A DNA stretch of 64,000 bases from Candidatus Omnitrophota bacterium (GCA_016206785.1 JACQQV010000021.1:63509-127508); one strand, 5' to 3'. Shown: positions 8,279-16,446, counted from the first letter of the stretch. Notes: a model not told the origin generated them from the letters alone. Numbers and translations are program-made.

Positions 8279-9085
8279 TCAAGGTTTTTGTGGGGTGAGA
8301 ATCGCATTGCAGTTGCTGAAATCCATCTCCACAACTTTAAAGTTCGAGTTCTCTATCTCACTCAAAAGCTCCGAGGGTTTGCTGAAAATGTGCCAATAGT
8401 GACCCATAAAGCAGACGTCTCCTTCTTCTAGCTCCCGATTGCCGCCAGAAAGGATTGCAAGCCACTTTTTGAGCCGGAACTTCCAACCCTTTTCCCGGAA
8501 ATCATCTCTACCACAAAACTCTAGATAAAAAAATCCGTCGTCTTTGAGATGAGATCGCATCTTTCTTAAAAAGGCGATCCGCCTTGTGCGGGTAGGAATT
8601 TCGCTATACATCGACTGGCTCAGAAAAAGCGCGTCATGCTTTCTTGCCGGTGATAAACTATCAAGTACATTTCCCACTTCAAAGTGGCAATTTTTTAAGG
8701 AAAGGGCACGGACATGTTCTTTTGCTCTTTCTACAAGATCCTGGGAGGTCTCGATTCCCGTAACCTCAAATCCTAATTTCGCCAAGGCGAGGGATTCCCG
8801 ACCACCGCCAGACATCAGTACAAGACACTCCTTTTTTCCTTTTAAATATTTTGTCACAAATTGAGATTCTTCTGGGCTCAGTCCCCTCGTTCGTACCGCT
8901 TCCCCCGCCAAAGCCTCTGAAAAGTCCCTCCGATTATAAAACTGTTCAACAAATTTTTCGAGATCTTTAGGTTTTGAGAGAACTAGTACAAGTGACCCAA
9001 AGGCTGAAGAAATCTTTTCCTGAAAACGATTCAAGAGAAGGTCGATGCGCACCAAAACGGAAACAAGGAAAAACCGAGCACTCAT
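8279..9085 (-). CDS. class I SAM-dependent methyltransferase, 268 aa
   Basis: Carries the motif I-like segment CLVLMSGGGRESLALAKLGFEVTGIETSQDLVERAKEH, and DALFL/post-I motifs. Confidence 0.65.
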   Translation of the reverse strand: MSARFFLVSVLVRIDLLLNRFQEKISSAFGSLVLVLSKPKDLEKFVEQFYNRRDFSEALAGEAVRTRGLSPEESQFVTKYLKGKKECLVLMSGGGRESLALAKLGFEVTGIETSQDLVERAKEHVRALSLKNCHFEVGNVLDSLSPARKHDALFLSQSMYSEIPTRTRRIAFLRKMRSHLKDDGFFYLEFCGRDDFREKGWKFRLKKWLAILSGGNRELEEGDVCFMGHYWHIFSKPSELLSEIENSNFKVVEMDFSNCNAILTPQKP

Positions 9086-10161
9086 CTATTTTTTAAGAGG
9101 GGTTCAATGACTTCTACCAAGGCTTGGGCAGCGAGTCGATGACCACGTTCATTGAGATGAAACGGGTCTCCTTTTCTATAAAGTTTTTCTCTCAGGTGAC
9201 GTTGTAAACTTTCCCGGATATCGATCAGCGGAACCTGCAAGTTGTGCGAAATGCGTCGGAAACGATAAAAGGAGGGACGGATTTTTAAGATCCCCAGCTC
9301 GTGAAGATCCGGAAAATAGGCAAACAACACTTGAGCGTGAGAGCGACGTGCTAACTGAACCAGCTCGCGCAACCGTTGTTCCGCCTCCTGCCAGTAGCGC
9401 GCCTCCCGAGATCCTGTTGCGTTGTAAGAGACCTGAAGCGCCCAAAAAGAAATAACGGAACCGATGCGCTGATCCAAAAATTTCAATAAGAAACTGTGGG
9501 GCAGCAAGGAAGAGTAGAAATTGTGAAAAGGCGACGATGGAGAAGAAACCTCGGGTTCCGGTAAAAGACAAAGCCTCCCTTGATCATCGACGTTAAAGAG
9601 GGATGGGTAAATGTCGTTCCTATAGAAATTAACAATAACAATATCCGGTCTCAAAAGAGGAAGGAGTTCCTTAAAGATACGAACTTCCTGTTCAGTATTA
9701 TAATTATCAGAGGCGGCATTGAATACAATAGGAGGATTACGTGGAAATTTTTCCTTGAGTAACACTTCAAGTCTTTTACAAAAAGTTGTCTCAAAAGGAA
9801 CCCCGTAGCCAAATGTGATAGAGTCTCCCAAACAGAGGACGACATCGTCTTTTTCTTTCACCTTCGGCCATTCCGGTCCCCGCCAACCCTGTGTATTGAT
9901 TTCATACCATGCCCCTTGCCAGCGAATGCGTGCTCCTCGTCGATACCGGTGGACGACCTCAGGATCTGCGACAAAAAGACCGGGAATGTCGGACATGAAA
10001 AGATAAGGGTCTGGCGCATTTTCCGGCAAGGCCTTGATCACCTCCGCTTCCGGCATACGACGAGAGACAAAAACAAACCGATAAAATCGGAGGATCCCTT
10101 CTGCCGCCAAGCAAGCGAGGCACAAGCCGACTACCACAAGAAAAAATCGTGTACGAGTCAC
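9082..10161 (-). CDS. SGNH/GDSL-family hydrolase with N-terminal signal/TM segment, 359 aa
   Basis: Carries VVLCLGDSITFGYGV (the GDSx block). The N-terminus MTRTRFFLVVVGLCLACLAAEG is hydrophobic. The start codon, by my reading of the sequence, is GTG (cac 10159-10161). Confidence 0.65.
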   Translation of the reverse strand: MTRTRFFLVVVGLCLACLAAEGILRFYRFVFVSRRMPEAEVIKALPENAPDPYLFMSDIPGLFVADPEVVHRYRRGARIRWQGAWYEINTQGWRGPEWPKVKEKDDVVLCLGDSITFGYGVPFETTFCKRLEVLLKEKFPRNPPIVFNAASDNYNTEQEVRIFKELLPLLRPDIVIVNFYRNDIYPSLFNVDDQGRLCLLPEPEVSSPSSPFHNFYSSLLPHSFLLKFLDQRIGSVISFWALQVSYNATGSREARYWQEAEQRLRELVQLARRSHAQVLFAYFPDLHELGILKIRPSFYRFRRISHNLQVPLIDIRESLQRHLREKLYRKGDPFHLNERGHRLAAQALVEVIEPLLKNR

Positions 10162-10166
10162 GGCTG

Positions 10167-10175
10167 ATTATACCA
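10167..10175 (-). promoter_or_regulatory. extended -10 promoter candidate (TGGTATAAT on minus strand) for the SGNH/methyltransferase/RiPP operon
   Basis: Plus-strand attatacca 10167-10175 is minus-strand TGGTATAAT. It sits only 6 nt upstream of the GTG start at 10161, which implies a leaderless or near-leaderless transcript. Confidence 0.35.
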
Positions 10176-10178
10176 CTC

Positions 10179-10207
10179 TTGACCTCCTGAAAAAACAGAT
10201 TTATGCT
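10179..10207 (+). promoter_or_regulatory. sigma-70-type promoter candidate for the 10231 gene: TTGACC-N17-TATGCT
   Basis: TTGACC at 10179-10184, a 17-nt spacer, then TATGCT at 10202-10207, about 24 nt before the ATG. Confidence 0.4.
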
Positions 10208-10230
10208 AAACTATATCGAGAAAGAGAAGG

Positions 10231-12126
10231 ATGGTAGAAACAGTGAAGCCTATTGGTGTTTTAACCGATCTTCTTCAAATAACGGACATTCCAGAGATTA
10301 TCGATCTTTTGATCGCGTCCAAGAAGGCCCGTTTCACCATTGAAGGCTTCAGCATGTACCCCACCCTCCGAGTAGGAGACATCGTTGAGGTGGACCCCCT
10401 AACAAAAGAAACGCTTGAAGTAGGAGACCTTGTTGTTTTTCAAAAAGAAAAGAAACTCATCTGTCACCGCCTGGTAGAGATTTTTGAGAAAAACGGGGAG
10501 GCGTGGATTAAGACAAAGGGGGATACGGTCGAGGAGAGTGACACCCCACTCGCCCTTCGTCAGATCCTGGGAAAGGTGACGCGCATTGAGCGAGACGGAA
10601 TTCCTCGGATCCCCTCGGCCGTTCCTCAAAAACTTTCCTTTGCAGAAATCATCTTCTTCTCTGCCTATCGGCAATTCGGGGGAAAACTCAGACCGAAACT
10701 GAGAACAGTTTTCTTACGCAGTCTCTCTTCTCTTTTATTCCGCCGCGTGTATCGCTTCCTGTTCCGTCCCGATGTGATTTATTCTGTCAGAATTCCAACT
10801 GCTTCGACTCCTGATCCGAAATTCTGGCGGTCTGTTCAAAGTCTCCCGGGGGCGAATGAGTCTTTACAGGACGCTTCGGTCTATCGCTTTTTTGCAAAGG
10901 TAGGCAAAAATGTCGTTGGAAGTCTTGAGGTGCGGACTCTCGATAAAACCGCTTCGCAATGGAGGGTTTCCCATCTTTTCGTGAGGGCAAGGTACCGGGG
11001 GTGCCACGTTGCAACAACACTCCTGAGAAGATCGTTTCAGAGGCTCAGACGACAAGGAGCCTCCTTATTAAGCATAGAAGTGGGTCCTCAAAATCGTCCC
11101 GCACTTTCCCTTCTAAAACAACTAGGCTTCGACGACGCCGTACAAAAAGATCCTTTCGTCCTTCAGAAAGACCTTTCGTTCCCGCTCAAGCGCTTAAGAG
11201 GCGAAAAAGAACTGCAACCGTTTCTTTATCACGCTCTTCCCTCTGATACGCTCAAAGAAAGCTTCCTCAGGAGCGTCGCAAAACACCTCTTCTTCGAACA
11301 GGCCCTTCTTGAGATAGACACCGTTTTCAAAAATGCGGGAATACCTTTTATCGTACAGAAGGGAATGGCACTTGCGTATACCCTTTACCCCGACCCTGCG
11401 ACGCGACCGATGGTGGATATCGATCTGTATCTACGTAAAAACGATGTCCCCTCGGCCATATCCCTTTTAGAAGGACTCGGCTATGAACTGGGAGCAGCCA
11501 AGTTTCGAGAAGAACTGATCACCTTCGGGGGAGAGCTCAGCTTCCACAAAAAAAATGCCCCTTTTGTTGAACTCCACTGGTGCCTTGAACAGTATGAGCG
11601 ATTGAAAGGAATTGTAAAAGTTGACGAGGAAGACCTGTGGAAAAGGACTGTCTCCTATACGATTTCAGGAAGAAAATTTCTGACCCTCTGTTCAGAGCAT
11701 CAACTGCTCGCGCTTTCCATCCACCTCGGTCTCATTCATCGGTTTCGTGGCTCTCTCAAGTGGTTTCTGGACATCGATCAGTTCGTCATGAAATTCGGGG
11801 AGGACCTGGATTGGGAGGAACTTTTTCAAACCGCACGGCGATGGGGAATTGAACGGGTGTTTTGCCAAGTGCTCCTTGCAACCCAGGAGCTCTTCAACAC
11901 CCCCCTTCCTCCTCTTCCGATTCAAAATTCTTCATTCTTCCTGAGACATCCCATCTTTCAATGGTTCCTCCCAGATCGTCCCTCCGACCGCCTCCGGGTC
12001 CTCTTCCGGATCTTCTTCCCGAGCCGGGAATGGCTCATCTACCGATATCGCCTCAAACGGCGCGACCTCATCCCCTTCCACCGCTTCCTCCATCCTCTCT
12101 TTGTTCTTATCGGCAAGACAAGGTAG
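10231..12126 (+). CDS. tri-domain protein: N-terminal S24/S26-type peptidase-like domain, central GNAT acetyltransferase, C-terminal nucleotidyltransferase-like (NTP_transf_5-type) domain, 631 aa
   Basis: The N-terminus carries EGFSMYPTLRVGDIVEVD...DLVVFQKEKKLICHRLVEIF...KTKGDTV (compare signal-peptidase/LexA G-S-M-x-P-T-L...GD motifs). The central region ...SLEVRTL...VRARYRGCHVATTLLRRSFQRLRRQGASLLSIEVGPQN is GNAT-like. I assign the C-terminal region to uncharacterised nucleotidyltransferases. The upstream RBS is GAGAAGGatg. Confidence 0.6.
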   Translation: MVETVKPIGVLTDLLQITDIPEIIDLLIASKKARFTIEGFSMYPTLRVGDIVEVDPLTKETLEVGDLVVFQKEKKLICHRLVEIFEKNGEAWIKTKGDTVEESDTPLALRQILGKVTRIERDGIPRIPSAVPQKLSFAEIIFFSAYRQFGGKLRPKLRTVFLRSLSSLLFRRVYRFLFRPDVIYSVRIPTASTPDPKFWRSVQSLPGANESLQDASVYRFFAKVGKNVVGSLEVRTLDKTASQWRVSHLFVRARYRGCHVATTLLRRSFQRLRRQGASLLSIEVGPQNRPALSLLKQLGFDDAVQKDPFVLQKDLSFPLKRLRGEKELQPFLYHALPSDTLKESFLRSVAKHLFFEQALLEIDTVFKNAGIPFIVQKGMALAYTLYPDPATRPMVDIDLYLRKNDVPSAISLLEGLGYELGAAKFREELITFGGELSFHKKNAPFVELHWCLEQYERLKGIVKVDEEDLWKRTVSYTISGRKFLTLCSEHQLLALSIHLGLIHRFRGSLKWFLDIDQFVMKFGEDLDWEELFQTARRWGIERVFCQVLLATQELFNTPLPPLPIQNSSFFLRHPIFQWFLPDRPSDRLRVLFRIFFPSREWLIYRYRLKRRDLIPFHRFLHPLFVLIGKTR

Positions 12127-12147
12127 CTCATTCGTCGTTCGGCGTTC

Positions 12148-12248
12148 GGGACTAAGTCCCTATGACGGTAAGACTTGTTCCTTGCCAAGGCGGGACTTAG
12201 TCCCGCCTTCATGGGGGGAAAGTCTAAGGCGAAGAGGGACTTAGTCCC
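12148..12248. repeat. three copies of the 13-nt palindromic motif GGGACT(W)AGTCCC at exact 44-bp spacing between convergent genes
   Basis: Copies at 12148-12160 (GGGACTAAGTCCC), 12192-12204 and 12236-12248 (GGGACTTAGTCCC). The middle copy is embedded in a 25-nt near-perfect palindrome, CAAGGCGGGACT-T-AGTCCCGCCTTC. Confidence 0.6.
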
Positions 12249-12350
12249 GGTTTGCTCTGTTTGCTGTTTAGGACAGGTAAGCGGTGCTCGAACCACACCA
12301 GGGGCTACTTATCCTTGGGGACAAATTAGAGCCAGGTCGGAAAACGTCCC

Positions 12351-13206
12351 TCAGACGCGGACCCAGCGAATTCCTTTTTCCTTGCGGAACCAAGTCTCCT
12401 GACGTTTGGCGTATTGGCGGGTTAAGCGTTGAATATGGGTAATAGCCTCTTCGAGGGAAGATTCCCCTTTGAGGTAAGAGAAAAGTTCTTGAAGCCCGAT
12501 GATTCTTTTTGCAGTAAAACTCAGTCTCTTCCGGAGAAGCCTCTTAACTTCCGCAACAACATCATTGCGAATCATCTTTTCCACCCGACGATCGATCCTC
12601 TGATAAAGAACTTTTCGGGGGTGGCGTAATCCGATTTTCTGAATCCGAAACAAAGCTGAGAACCCACCTCCCCCCTCTGCGAACTCCGAGGGTTTTCTCC
12701 CGGTGACTTCGTAAATCTCAAGGGCGCGAATCAGACGATAGGTATCGTTGGGATGAATCTTTTTTGCCCGACGGGGATCGATCGCACGTAATCTTTCGTA
12801 CAAATAAGCGTTTCCCTTCTCCTTCACAAGCCTTGAATATTTTTTCCGAATCGTGGGATCGGCTTTGACGGGAGCGTGCTTTCCTCCCAAAAGGGCCTTG
12901 AGATAAAAACCGCTCCCCCCCACAAGGATTGGCACCTTTCTTCGGCGTGCAATGTCTTGAATAACACTTTTTGCGCGTTGGGAAAATTCAGCCGCGCTAA
13001 ATTCCTTATGTAGAGGGAGAAAACCGATAAGATGATGGGGAATTTTCTTTTGATCCTCTGGGAGGGGTTGGTTGGTGAGGATTGGAACGCCTCGGTACAC
13101 CTGCATGGCGTCGCAGGAGATAATTTCACCTTTGCATCGTTTCGCCAGGCGGAGGGCAAGCCGGCTTTTCCCGCTGGCGGTAGGGCCAACAATGACAATA
13201 AGTTTT
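12351..13206 (-). CDS. miaA: tRNA dimethylallyltransferase MiaA
   Basis: LIVIVGPTASGKSRLALRLAK...ISCDAMQVYRGVPILTNQP... The track ORF extends to 13298 and overlaps the upstream ATPase gene. The likely true start is a GTG (VKKLIVIVGPTASGKS) at about 13206. Confidence 0.85.
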
Positions 13207-13207
13207 T

Positions 13208-14023
13208 TCACCTCGCTTCCTGAACAACTTCCTGGATGGTCTGCTCGTCGATGGAAGTGGCTTTTTTGCCCAATCCTGAGAGAAGGGACAGATTGCATAA
13301 AGTATTGATCTTCCTCGGAATGCCTCCGCTATGTTCGTAGATGAGCTGGATCGCATCGTCCGTAAAGATCGGGTCCTCTCGACCGGCGGTCGTAAGCCGG
13401 GTCTGGATATAATGGCGCGTCTGCTCTTCGTCCAAACCCTCCAGATGGCATTTGATCTCGATCCGCTGCGAAAAGGGCTTGAATCGGTTCACATGTTCCC
13501 TCAACTCAGGTTGGCCGAACAAAAGGAGGGTCAGTAAAAACTGGTCGTTTGACTGAAAGTTGAGGAGGAGCCGCAATCCCTCCAGCACAGAAGGATCTTC
13601 GATCACATGGGCCTCATCCACAATAATGACCGTCTCGCTCCCATCCTTCAAATTATCGTAAAGGATATCCTTCAGCTCATTGAGGAGAAATGTCGCCACA
13701 AGATCCGATTTCTTCGTCGGGAGGTTCTTTCCGCCCCCTAATGCTTGAACGATTGCAGCCAGAAGTTCAATGTAATCCAGTTTTGGATTCCGGATGAAGG
13801 CGATCTTATATTTCTCTCCAACCAGCCCTTTCAACAGGGCTTCCCCCAATAACGTCTTTCCACATCCAAAGATCCCTGTCAACATGGCTGCCCCCACCTT
13901 CTCTTGGACGGCATACAAGAGCCTTGAAAGGGCTTCGTCATGTTGGGGGGAGGCGTAGAAGAATCGGGGATCGGGAGTATTTTGAAAGGGCATGAGATTG
14001 AATTTCCAATATTCTTTATACAT
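13208..14023 (-). CDS. ExeA/MshM-like AAA ATPase (putative secretion ATPase of PEP-CTERM loci), 271 aa
   Basis: Walker A is LTGIFGCGKT and Walker B is VIIVDEAH. The gene lies next to the PEP-CTERM/exosortase locus. Confidence 0.7.
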   Translation of the reverse strand: MYKEYWKFNLMPFQNTPDPRFFYASPQHDEALSRLLYAVQEKVGAAMLTGIFGCGKTLLGEALLKGLVGEKYKIAFIRNPKLDYIELLAAIVQALGGGKNLPTKKSDLVATFLLNELKDILYDNLKDGSETVIIVDEAHVIEDPSVLEGLRLLLNFQSNDQFLLTLLLFGQPELREHVNRFKPFSQRIEIKCHLEGLDEEQTRHYIQTRLTTAGREDPIFTDDAIQLIYEHSGGIPRKINTLCNLSLLSGLGKKATSIDEQTIQEVVQEAR

Positions 14024-14032
14024 GTTCAGACT

Positions 14033-14458
14033 TCAATTCAACATAATCTTTTCGTCTTTTTCGTTATAGGTAAACCGAGGTTTGCCATTCACCTTATGCA
14101 CCTCGGCGTCCGTCACGTTGAGGGTCCCATCCGGCGAAACCGTCACCCAAAAATCGACATCGAGGGCTTCCCCGGTCGTCTGGTCCACAAAATCGGCACA
14201 GGAGAAATAACCATCCTTGGTGGATAGTTTTCCGACCCGCTCATGGACCCGTTGAAAGGTGAGTTTTCTCTCTTGGCCTGTTTTATCGTCATGGATCGGG
14301 AAAAAGCCGCCGTTCTTATGGGTCACTTCCAAGGCATACGTCTGCATCGCCGTCCGGATTTCCTCATGGGTCGGCTCTACAGCATAAAGCTTCGTTCCAG
14401 CGAATGCCACAACGCCTGCGATGACCGCATATAAAAGAAGACGACTGTCGCCTTTCAT
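14033..14458 (-). CDS. hypothetical secreted/periplasmic protein, 141 aa
   Basis: ORF track. The N-terminal signal-like segment is MKGDSRLLLYAVIAGVVAFAG. No recognisable family. Confidence 0.45.
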   Translation of the reverse strand: MKGDSRLLLYAVIAGVVAFAGTKLYAVEPTHEEIRTAMQTYALEVTHKNGGFFPIHDDKTGQERKLTFQRVHERVGKLSTKDGYFSCADFVDQTTGEALDVDFWVTVSPDGTLNVTDAEVHKVNGKPRFTYNEKDEKIMLN

Positions 14459-14459
14459 C

Positions 14460-15431
14460 CTACACCTCCTTTTGTTTTGCGTGAACGTCTCTAAATTGAA
14501 ACTCTGTTTCTACCCTTTGAAAAGGTTTCCCGTCCAACTCGACATACGGATAGAAAAAAATATTGACCGGCTCGCCCTTCTGTTTTGGAACCAGTTGGAT
14601 ATTACGCCCTGTACTGATGAGAAGACGGTTTGCATCATAAGTTCCGAAGTAATACTCCCGCTTCTCTGGGTATTTCCATGCTTCCGAGGCATCCACGGAA
14701 ATCCACCCCTTTCCGTCGACATAAAACTCGGCCCAGCAGTGATACCCTGGAATTTTACCCTCTGATTCCTGTTCAGGGATAGGGATCCCGATTTTAAAAC
14801 GCGAGGGAATTTTACTCGCCCGCGCCAAGGAGATAAAGAGCGAATGAAAATCGGTGCAGTTCCCTTTGCCGACAAGACAGGCTCGCGCCGTATCCCCATT
14901 TCCCCATCCCGGTGTCGTCTTGTCATACTGCATATGGGAAAGGACGTAGTCATAAATGGCCCTTCCCTGTTCTAAAGGAAACACCTTCCCTTGGGTTACT
15001 TCTTTGGACAACCCCTGAATTCTTTCATCCACCACCATCCATTGGCCCGAGCCGAGGTGGAGACGTCTTTGAAAGGGGGTCTCCTGCAAGGGGTTTCTTC
15101 TTTCCTCTACAGTCACATGGTAGGTAATGGCAACGTCGATCTTTTGGGGAAGTGGCGGCTTCAGAAAAAGATGGAGGATCTCATTGCCATAGCGAGGTTC
15201 CTGAAAGATTTGATAAGGGGAAGAGGCGACGATTTTTCGGTCCAGGATCCTCTGGTTGGCCTCTGTGCGTGCCAAAGGGATCCAGATCCGGATCTGTTTT
15301 GCGTCGGGGGGAATTTCCTGAATCAAGGCATGGTAAGTGAGCTCAAACTCCCGCTCTGATTCTCGGGCTTCACTTTTTGAATCACTCAATATCAATAATG
15401 GGGTTACAATAAGTACTATCCATTTCCTCAT
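14460..15431 (-). CDS. transglutaminase-like cysteine protease domain protein with signal peptide
   Basis: Carries GKGNCTDFHSLFISLARASKIPSRF...GYHCWAEFYVDGKGWISVDASE, the Cys-His-Asp transglutaminase core. The likely start is MRKWIVLIVTPLLILS at about 15431, preceded by a GAGGAG RBS. The track ORF is over-extended to 15524. Confidence 0.75.
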   Translation of the reverse strand: MRKWIVLIVTPLLILSDSKSEARESEREFELTYHALIQEIPPDAKQIRIWIPLARTEANQRILDRKIVASSPYQIFQEPRYGNEILHLFLKPPLPQKIDVAITYHVTVEERRNPLQETPFQRRLHLGSGQWMVVDERIQGLSKEVTQGKVFPLEQGRAIYDYVLSHMQYDKTTPGWGNGDTARACLVGKGNCTDFHSLFISLARASKIPSRFKIGIPIPEQESEGKIPGYHCWAEFYVDGKGWISVDASEAWKYPEKREYYFGTYDANRLLISTGRNIQLVPKQKGEPVNIFFYPYVELDGKPFQRVETEFQFRDVHAKQKEV

Positions 15432-15444
15432 CTCTTTTTTCTCC

Positions 15445-16242
15445 TCATTCTTTTTGGGCGGGCGAAAAGGGGGTGACCAGAAGCCCCAGGAAGCTCTGCC
15501 ACCTCTCTGCTTCAAATGCGTCAAGTCCGTAATGGAGGGTCAAGATGTCCTCTTTCCTCCGGAAACTTTTAGCAAAGCGGTCCCAGAAAGAAAAAATACT
15601 GGAATAGTTCGAATCGGTCTCCGGCTGGAAGTGGGAATGATGGACCCGGTGCATATTCGGGGTGACAAGGAGGATGCGAAAGAGACGATCCCACCTTTCA
15701 GGCAAAGCCACATTGCTATGATGAAAAAGGATAATCGGAAGAAGAATCGTTTCGTAGAGGATCAGTTGCCAAAGAGTCAAGCCTAAGAGATACAGGATGC
15801 CGAATCTCACAAGAGAAGAAAGAGTCAGCTCTCCGATATGAAACCGGAGTGCTGTGGTGACGTCTAACTGGGGATCGCTATGATGCATCCTGTGAAACCG
15901 CCATAAAAAAGGCATCTGGTGGTTCGCCCTATGCCAAAGGTACATCCAAAGATCAAAAACAAAAATGGCGATAGCGGCTTCGGTCCAGAAAGGGATTTCG
16001 ATCCAGTGGAGGAGTCCGAACCCCTGGAATTCCGCCGCCTCTGTGATAAACGCGGTCGCCCCTGAGAAAAGGAATCCCGTCATCGCTCCATTCATGAGTC
16101 CCATCGCAATATTGCGGGACCCGTGACGGAGTCTTTCCTTTCTTTCCTTGAAAAGCGGAAGCCACGCTTCAAGGATCAAAAGTAGCGAGAGGATCACGAT
16201 CTCAAGAAGAATCTTCCCTTCTTTCAAACCCTCTGGATCCAT
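15445..16242 (-). CDS. fatty acid hydroxylase/sterol desaturase superfamily membrane protein, 265 aa
   Basis: Carries the histidine boxes HRANH...HRMHHSD...HHSHF. Confidence 0.7.
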   Translation of the reverse strand: MDPEGLKEGKILLEIVILSLLLILEAWLPLFKERKERLRHGSRNIAMGLMNGAMTGFLFSGATAFITEAAEFQGFGLLHWIEIPFWTEAAIAIFVFDLWMYLWHRANHQMPFLWRFHRMHHSDPQLDVTTALRFHIGELTLSSLVRFGILYLLGLTLWQLILYETILLPIILFHHSNVALPERWDRLFRILLVTPNMHRVHHSHFQPETDSNYSSIFSFWDRFAKSFRRKEDILTLHYGLDAFEAERWQSFLGLLVTPFSPAQKE

Positions 16243-16446
16243 GGGTCTATTCTACCATAAGGCGGGTCCTGTCTCGGCATTTCCCATTCGTCCTCGCTCC
16301 ACCCATCTCCGGCCGGCTCACCATCTCGCCGGCGCTCATGGCGTGGCCGCACTTATTCGTGCGGCCATTCGCCCCCGTGGGGGCTGAGTAAAACAGGTGG
16401 TCCCCTTCCGCTGCGGGCGAATGGGAGCCCTTGCCGAGCCACCCGC
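16243..16446. other. GC-rich structured intergenic region with a perfect 8-bp hairpin (16337-16358 ggccgcac-ttattc-gtgcggcc) and repeated CCATTCGCCC / GGGCGAATGG motifs
   Basis: Plus-strand CCATTCG occurs at 16283 and 16364, and its reverse complement CGAATGG occurs at 16418. The region lies between the MFS stop and the desaturase start. No convincing ORF. Confidence 0.4.

Noticed and set aside
12270-12350. tRNA-like GGTTCGAG T-loop-looking segment on the minus strand downstream of the palindromic repeats
   Set aside because: I could not build a cloverleaf. The T-stem pairs only with mismatches, position 54 is wrong, and there is no acceptor stem or CCA context. It is most likely just the miaA 3-prime UTR.
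13207-13298. Track extension of miaA into the upstream ATPase gene (MQSVPSLRIGQKSHFHRRADHPGSCSGSE...)
   Set aside because: It overlaps the ATPase gene out of frame. The conserved MiaA N-terminus begins at VKKLIVIVGPTASGKS with a plausible GTG start.
16148-16387. Plus-strand 79-aa ORF inside the GC-rich spacer
   Set aside because: It is driven purely by GC-rich sequence, with Arg/Ala/Pro/Gly-biased composition. It has no RBS and lies opposite to the orientation of all neighbouring genes.
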